Shown piece after piece: positions 59,834 to 64,000 of a stretch of 64,000 nucleotides of DNA (positions within the stretch are counted from its first letter, which is position 1; each line of letters begins with the position of its first letter). The position numbers were made by a program, and so were the translations under genes. Under the pieces are notes generated by a model. It saw only the letters and a program-made list of their open reading frames with translations. It was not told where the DNA came from and did no database searches. Location of the stretch: assembly GCA_965214935.1 (NCBI GenBank), contig CBDCCS010000022.1:384001-448000 (forward strand), written 5' to 3'. This DNA is from Candidatus Velthaea sp. (GTDB lineage: Bacteria; Vulcanimicrobiota; Vulcanimicrobiia; Vulcanimicrobiales; Vulcanimicrobiaceae).

Positions 59834-61456
59834 TTGATTCAAACGCTGCCCGGGCTCATGATGGACGTCCCGTTGACGATCACGGGCATTCTCGAACACG
59901 CCGCACATAATTACCCGCAGCGCGAGATCGTATCGCGCGACGGCGCAGATTTTGCGCGACTGACGTACGAGCGATTCGCGTCGCGGGTGGCACAACTCGC
60001 ACATGCGCTGGGGCGGCTGGGCATTTGCGGCGCCGACCGGGTGGCCAGCTTCGGCTGGAATACGCACCGGCATCTCGAGCTCTATTATGGCGTTCCGTGT
60101 ATCGGTGCCGTACTGCACACCGTCAACATCCGGCTTTTTCCGGAACAAGTCGGCGACGCGATCGAACACGCCGGCGATCGGATCATCTTCGTCGACGGTA
60201 ATCTTGTCCCGGTCATGCAGAAGGCGATTGAAGCGCGTCCGCATTTGGCGCAGCTCACGTTCGTCATCATGGGTGAAAGCGCGCAGACCTTGCCCGACGC
60301 GCACGACTACGAGACGTTGCTCGCGGGCGAACCGGCGGTTTACGAGTATCCGGCGCTGCCTGAAAGCGCCGCGGCAGTGCTGTGTTACACTTCAGCGACG
60401 ACGGGCGAACCCAAAGGTGCGTTATTTTCACACCGGTCGCAAGTGCTGCATGCGTACGCGACGGGTTTGTGCGATTCGCTGGCACTCTCACAGCGCGATA
60501 CGGTGTTGCCGATCGTGCCGCAATTTCACGTCAACGCCTGGGGTCTGCCGTATCTCGCGCCGCTCGTCGGTGCCAAGATCGTCATGCCCGGAGCGCAGCT
60601 CGATCCGTCCAGCCTTTGCAATCTCATCGAAGCGGAAGCGGTGACGTTGTGCGCCGGCGTGCCGACCGTCTGGCTTGCGATTCGCGATTATTTACAAGCG
60701 ACGGGACGCGAACTTCCGACACTGCGCCGGATCGTGATCGGCGGTTCGGCGGTGCCGCCGAAACTTTTCGACGACCTCGAAGCGCTCGGTTATAGCGTCT
60801 GCCATGCCTGGGGCATGACCGAAATGAGCCCGGTCGGCACGGTCTCGTTCGTGAAAGGTGAGTTGAACGACCGCACGCCCGCGGAGCGCCGGCTCAAACG
60901 CCTCAAGCAGGGCACATTCTCGCCGCTCGTACAGTGGAAAGTCGTCGCCGACGACGGAAGCGCCGTCGCTGCCGACGGCAACGCGCGCGGCGAACTGTAC
61001 GTTCGCGGCCCGGCCGTTGCAGCGTCGTATTACCGCAACGGCGCCTCCGGTGACGGCGCCTTTACGAACGGCTGGTTCAAAACCGGCGACATCGTGACGG
61101 TCGATCGCGACGGTTATATGGAGATCGTCGATCGCTCGAAAGACATGGTCAAGTCGGGCGGCGAGTGGATCAGTTCGGTCGAACTCGAGAATACGCTCAT
61201 GGGTCATCCGGCGATTAAGGAAGCTTGCGTCTTCGGACTGCCGCATGCCAAGTGGATCGAACGCCCCGTAGCCGCCGTCGTGTTGCGCGACGACGCGCAC
61301 ACCGACGAAGCTGCGATCCGCGCCTGGCTGGCGTCTCGCGTCGCAAAGTGGTGGCTGCCGGACCGGGTGCTATTCGTTGATACCATTCCGCGAACGAGCG
61401 TCGGCAAATTCCTCAAGCGCGAGTTGCGCGAGCGTTTTGCCGATCTGTTGCAATAG
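59834..61456 (+). CDS. Fatty-acid--CoA ligase (AlkK/DmdB-like)
   Basis: YTSATTGEPKG, AWGMTE, KSGGEWISSVELEN, SVGKF. Confidence 0.88.
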   Translation: MIQTLPGLMMDVPLTITGILEHAAHNYPQREIVSRDGADFARLTYERFASRVAQLAHALGRLGICGADRVASFGWNTHRHLELYYGVPCIGAVLHTVNIRLFPEQVGDAIEHAGDRIIFVDGNLVPVMQKAIEARPHLAQLTFVIMGESAQTLPDAHDYETLLAGEPAVYEYPALPESAAAVLCYTSATTGEPKGALFSHRSQVLHAYATGLCDSLALSQRDTVLPIVPQFHVNAWGLPYLAPLVGAKIVMPGAQLDPSSLCNLIEAEAVTLCAGVPTVWLAIRDYLQATGRELPTLRRIVIGGSAVPPKLFDDLEALGYSVCHAWGMTEMSPVGTVSFVKGELNDRTPAERRLKRLKQGTFSPLVQWKVVADDGSAVAADGNARGELYVRGPAVAASYYRNGASGDGAFTNGWFKTGDIVTVDRDGYMEIVDRSKDMVKSGGEWISSVELENTLMGHPAIKEACVFGLPHAKWIERPVAAVVLRDDAHTDEAAIRAWLASRVAKWWLPDRVLFVDTIPRTSVGKFLKRELRERFADLLQ

Positions 61457-62249
61457 TCTCACAACGCTCGATAAGCCGCTGCAGAGCCGCCGTGGTAATC
61501 TCCGGCGCCTCGATCATCGGCAGATGGGCAACGCCCTCGATTCGGACGAATTCGCAATCTGCGATTTGCCCCGCGATCGTCTCGAGCATGCCGGGCGGAA
61601 CGAGCGAATCGCTGCCGCCGCCGACGATCAACGCCGGAACCGCTATATCTTCGAGCAGGTCCGACGAGTCGACCCGTTCCTTCATACCGATAATTTGTGC
61701 GCCGGCTCCCAGCGGGTTTTGCCGGGCGACGATGCCTTGCAACCGAGCGACCACTGCCGGATGAGCGGCGTGGAATGCCGGAGCGACAGCCGCGGAAACG
61801 ATCGGTCCGGCCAGGGCGGCCATGCCGCGAGCGTCGACGACGGCGGCCAGCCGGTCGCGTTCGAGGGCTCGGCCCGGCGTATCGGCGCCAACGTGGCTTG
61901 CGATGAGGGCAAGGCCGGCGACGCGCTCGGCGTACATCCGAAAAAAGGCCAGCCCGACATAGCCGCCCATTGAATGACCGGCAACGATCGCATGGCCCAG
62001 ATCAAGCGCGTCGAGCAACCCGAACACGTCTCCCGCCAGCGTTTCCATGAGTGCCGGACCGTCGCCGCACGCCGACTCGCCGCTGCCGCGCAAATCGATT
62101 CGCACGATCCGCGCGAGCCTGGCAAGCGGTGCGAGGACTTCGTCCCAAATCGTGCGGTCGAAGGGGAAGCCGTGCAAGAGTACCAGGGCCGTCGCGCCGG
62201 CTCCGACGTCATCGTATGCTAAGCGGACGCCGTCAATGGTCTTATGCAT
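61413..62249 (-). CDS. Alpha/beta fold hydrolase
   Basis: LHGFP, GHSMGG, AHL. Confidence 0.88.
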   Translation of the reverse strand: MHKTIDGVRLAYDDVGAGATALVLLHGFPFDRTIWDEVLAPLARLARIVRIDLRGSGESACGDGPALMETLAGDVFGLLDALDLGHAIVAGHSMGGYVGLAFFRMYAERVAGLALIASHVGADTPGRALERDRLAAVVDARGMAALAGPIVSAAVAPAFHAAHPAVVARLQGIVARQNPLGAGAQIIGMKERVDSSDLLEDIAVPALIVGGGSDSLVPPGMLETIAGQIADCEFVRIEGVAHLPMIEAPEITTAALQRLIERCETIATDRQNARATRA

Positions 62250-62343
62250 CTAACGTTTTCCCGGCTGCGCCGCTACCGCCCGCTCATCCGAACCATACGA
62301 TCGAGCGTTGTCCTGGGTAGAACAACTTCGTGGAGAAAGAACG

Positions 62344-62889
62344 TTGAAATCGCTTTTTGGAGCGCTGATTGTCGCGCTACTGCTTTCCGCCCCGGCAGCG
62401 GCGGGCTGGAAAGGTCCGACGATGTATCCCGGTACGCCGGATCTCGCCGTGACCGCCGAAATGGTTGCAGCCGGCGGCGGCGCGGCGCACTTCGACTCAA
62501 AAAAACTTGTCGGCGTCATGGCCGGTAAAAATGCACCGGCCGCGCTCGCTTATCTGACGCACACGTACGGCGCAAAAAATGTCGATGCTTTTTTCCGGAC
62601 GTTCACGTACGCCGTCGACGATTCACTGAAGTATGCGACGCAAAAAGGTATCAGCTTACCGTCCGAGCGGGTCCCGTCAGGCTCGGTCCTAACGCAGCAT
62701 CTCTACACCGCCGGGACACTGCCGAACGGACAGTACGACGTCGGGTACATGCTCGAGCGGCTCGTGTCGCATCCGATCCATATGTACGTGATGTGGGATA
62801 TCAACAAGCAACCGGATCTGGGCAGAAAGACCGACGAAACATTTCACATCATTCTCACCGATGCAATGCATAAACTCAGCGGTAAGTAA
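62344..62889 (+). CDS. Secreted hypothetical helical protein
   Basis: TTG start after GGAG; signal peptide (AAA-G). Confidence 0.65.
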   Translation: MKSLFGALIVALLLSAPAAAGWKGPTMYPGTPDLAVTAEMVAAGGGAAHFDSKKLVGVMAGKNAPAALAYLTHTYGAKNVDAFFRTFTYAVDDSLKYATQKGISLPSERVPSGSVLTQHLYTAGTLPNGQYDVGYMLERLVSHPIHMYVMWDINKQPDLGRKTDETFHIILTDAMHKLSGK

Positions 62890-63370
62890 ATTCGCCGTTG
62901 CGCTCGGCATTGTAACAATCGTCGCGGTCGCCACGCCCGTTGCAGCGCGCGCCGGAACGGTGTCGGCAATCGACGATGCGGTAACCGGAAAAGCGATGCT
63001 CGGCCGATTTGATTTCGTCGGTTCCTGGCAGCACGTTCGCGGAAAAAACGACGGCCGCAGTAACGGCACGAGTACGCGCAGCACGCGCGTCGGCGATGTC
63101 GCGATACTTGGATTCATGGGAACGCGCGTTCGGCTCTATGGTATCGTCGGCCCGAGCGGCGGGCGCGCCGGTATTGCCGTCGACGAAGCATCGACGGGCG
63201 GCAAGCCATTCGATTTTTATGCGCCGCGGGTGAAAACGCACGTGCTGATCTATCAAAGCCCGGTGATGCCGGCCGGACTTCACACCGTTTCGGTGGTCGT
63301 CTGGGGCACACGCAATCAACACGGCCGCTACTACTATGTCAACATCGATGGTGCCGAAGTCGAGAACTGA
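62861..63370 (+). CDS. Secreted beta-sandwich (galactose-binding-like) protein
   Basis: Signal peptide; F.GT..RLYG..GP.GG.A...VD, GLHTV, NIDG pattern. Confidence 0.5.
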   Translation: MQCINSAVSKFAVALGIVTIVAVATPVAARAGTVSAIDDAVTGKAMLGRFDFVGSWQHVRGKNDGRSNGTSTRSTRVGDVAILGFMGTRVRLYGIVGPSGGRAGIAVDEASTGGKPFDFYAPRVKTHVLIYQSPVMPAGLHTVSVVVWGTRNQHGRYYYVNIDGAEVEN

Positions 63371-63421
63371 AAGACTGCGAACCGAAATGACCGCGGTCGT
63401 CCAAGCGCAAACGCAAGAACG

Positions 63422-64000
63422 ATGCCGTCCGCCGTTCGCGCCGCTTATCTGCCTTTTCCATTTGTTGCAATCGTCGAGCAAGCCGAACCCAAGCTCGCAC
63501 TTACGTTAGCGGCGATCAATCCGCGCGTCGGTGGCGTGCTTCTAAGCGGTCCGAAAGGCACGGGAAAAACGACGCTCGTTCGCGCGGCAGGCGAGCTTCT
63601 GCCGATCCTCGAGCGCTCTACCTGTCCCTACGGCTGCGATCCGGCCGGTTCCAATTTGTGCGATCAGTGTGCCGCGGCAATCGAAGCGGGCGCAAAACCG
63701 GCGACACGCAAAACGCGCGGTGAGATCGTCGAACTGCCGGCCAACGCACAACTCGACGATGTCGTCGGCGCAGTCGACTTACGAGCGGCACTCGAACGCG
63801 CAAGCGTTGTGTTTCGTCCCGGTTTGCTGGCCGCTGCAAATCGCAACGTGCTGTACGTCGATGAAATCAACTTACTGGCCGATGCGGTCGTCGACGCACT
63901 GCTCGATGCAGCCGCCGCAGGCGTCGTCCACGTGAAGCGGGGACAACACGTCGTCGATTACCCGTCGCGCTTTAGTCTCGTGGGCACGATGAATCCCGAA
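63422..64000 (+). CDS. bchI: Mg-chelatase subunit I/D family AAA+ ATPase, 3'-truncated
   Basis: Read manually (not in the ORF track): [51 protein letters not shown]. Confidence 0.7.
   Translation, partial: MPSAVRAAYLPFPFVAIVEQAEPKLALTLAAINPRVGGVLLSGPKGTGKTTLVRAAGELLPILERSTCPYGCDPAGSNLCDQCAAAIEAGAKPATRKTRGEIVELPANAQLDDVVGAVDLRAALERASVVFRPGLLAAANRNVLYVDEINLLADAVVDALLDAAAAGVVHVKRGQHVVDYPSRFSLVGTMNPE

Noticed and set aside
1..64000. CRISPR arrays, tRNA/rRNA genes, transposases, integrases, prophage
   Set aside because: None recognised by eye; small RNAs could have been missed without tRNAscan or Infernal

Overview
GC-rich, densely coding bacterial chromosome segment with about 55 CDS. I saw no rRNA, tRNA, CRISPR array or intact mobile element. 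It combines outer-membrane beta-barrels and lipoproteins (diderm), Gram-positive-type LexA boxes and bacteriochlorophyll genes (bchM, acsF, and a bchI-like chelatase at the right edge). This suggests an aerobic phototrophic Terrabacteria lineage such as Eremiobacterota/Vulcanimicrobiota (inference only). Other contents: a minor-pilin cluster, a double-GTPase dynamin, nagA, livJHMGF, motAB, metH, an ECF-RND-MarR locus, cysK, a split Lhr/PdeM/ligase/exonuclease repair cluster, a small metallothionein and a putative lipid-scavenging module. Best leads: (1) a two-domain Crp/Fnr regulator directly upstream of bchM-acsF, with a CRP-type box at class II (-41.5) geometry and an NtcA-type box; (2) an inverted duplicated promoter/operator shared by metH and a catalytically degenerate Fic-HTH protein; (3) perfect SOS boxes heading both halves of the split repair cluster. 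All calls come from reading motifs by eye; no database searches were run.
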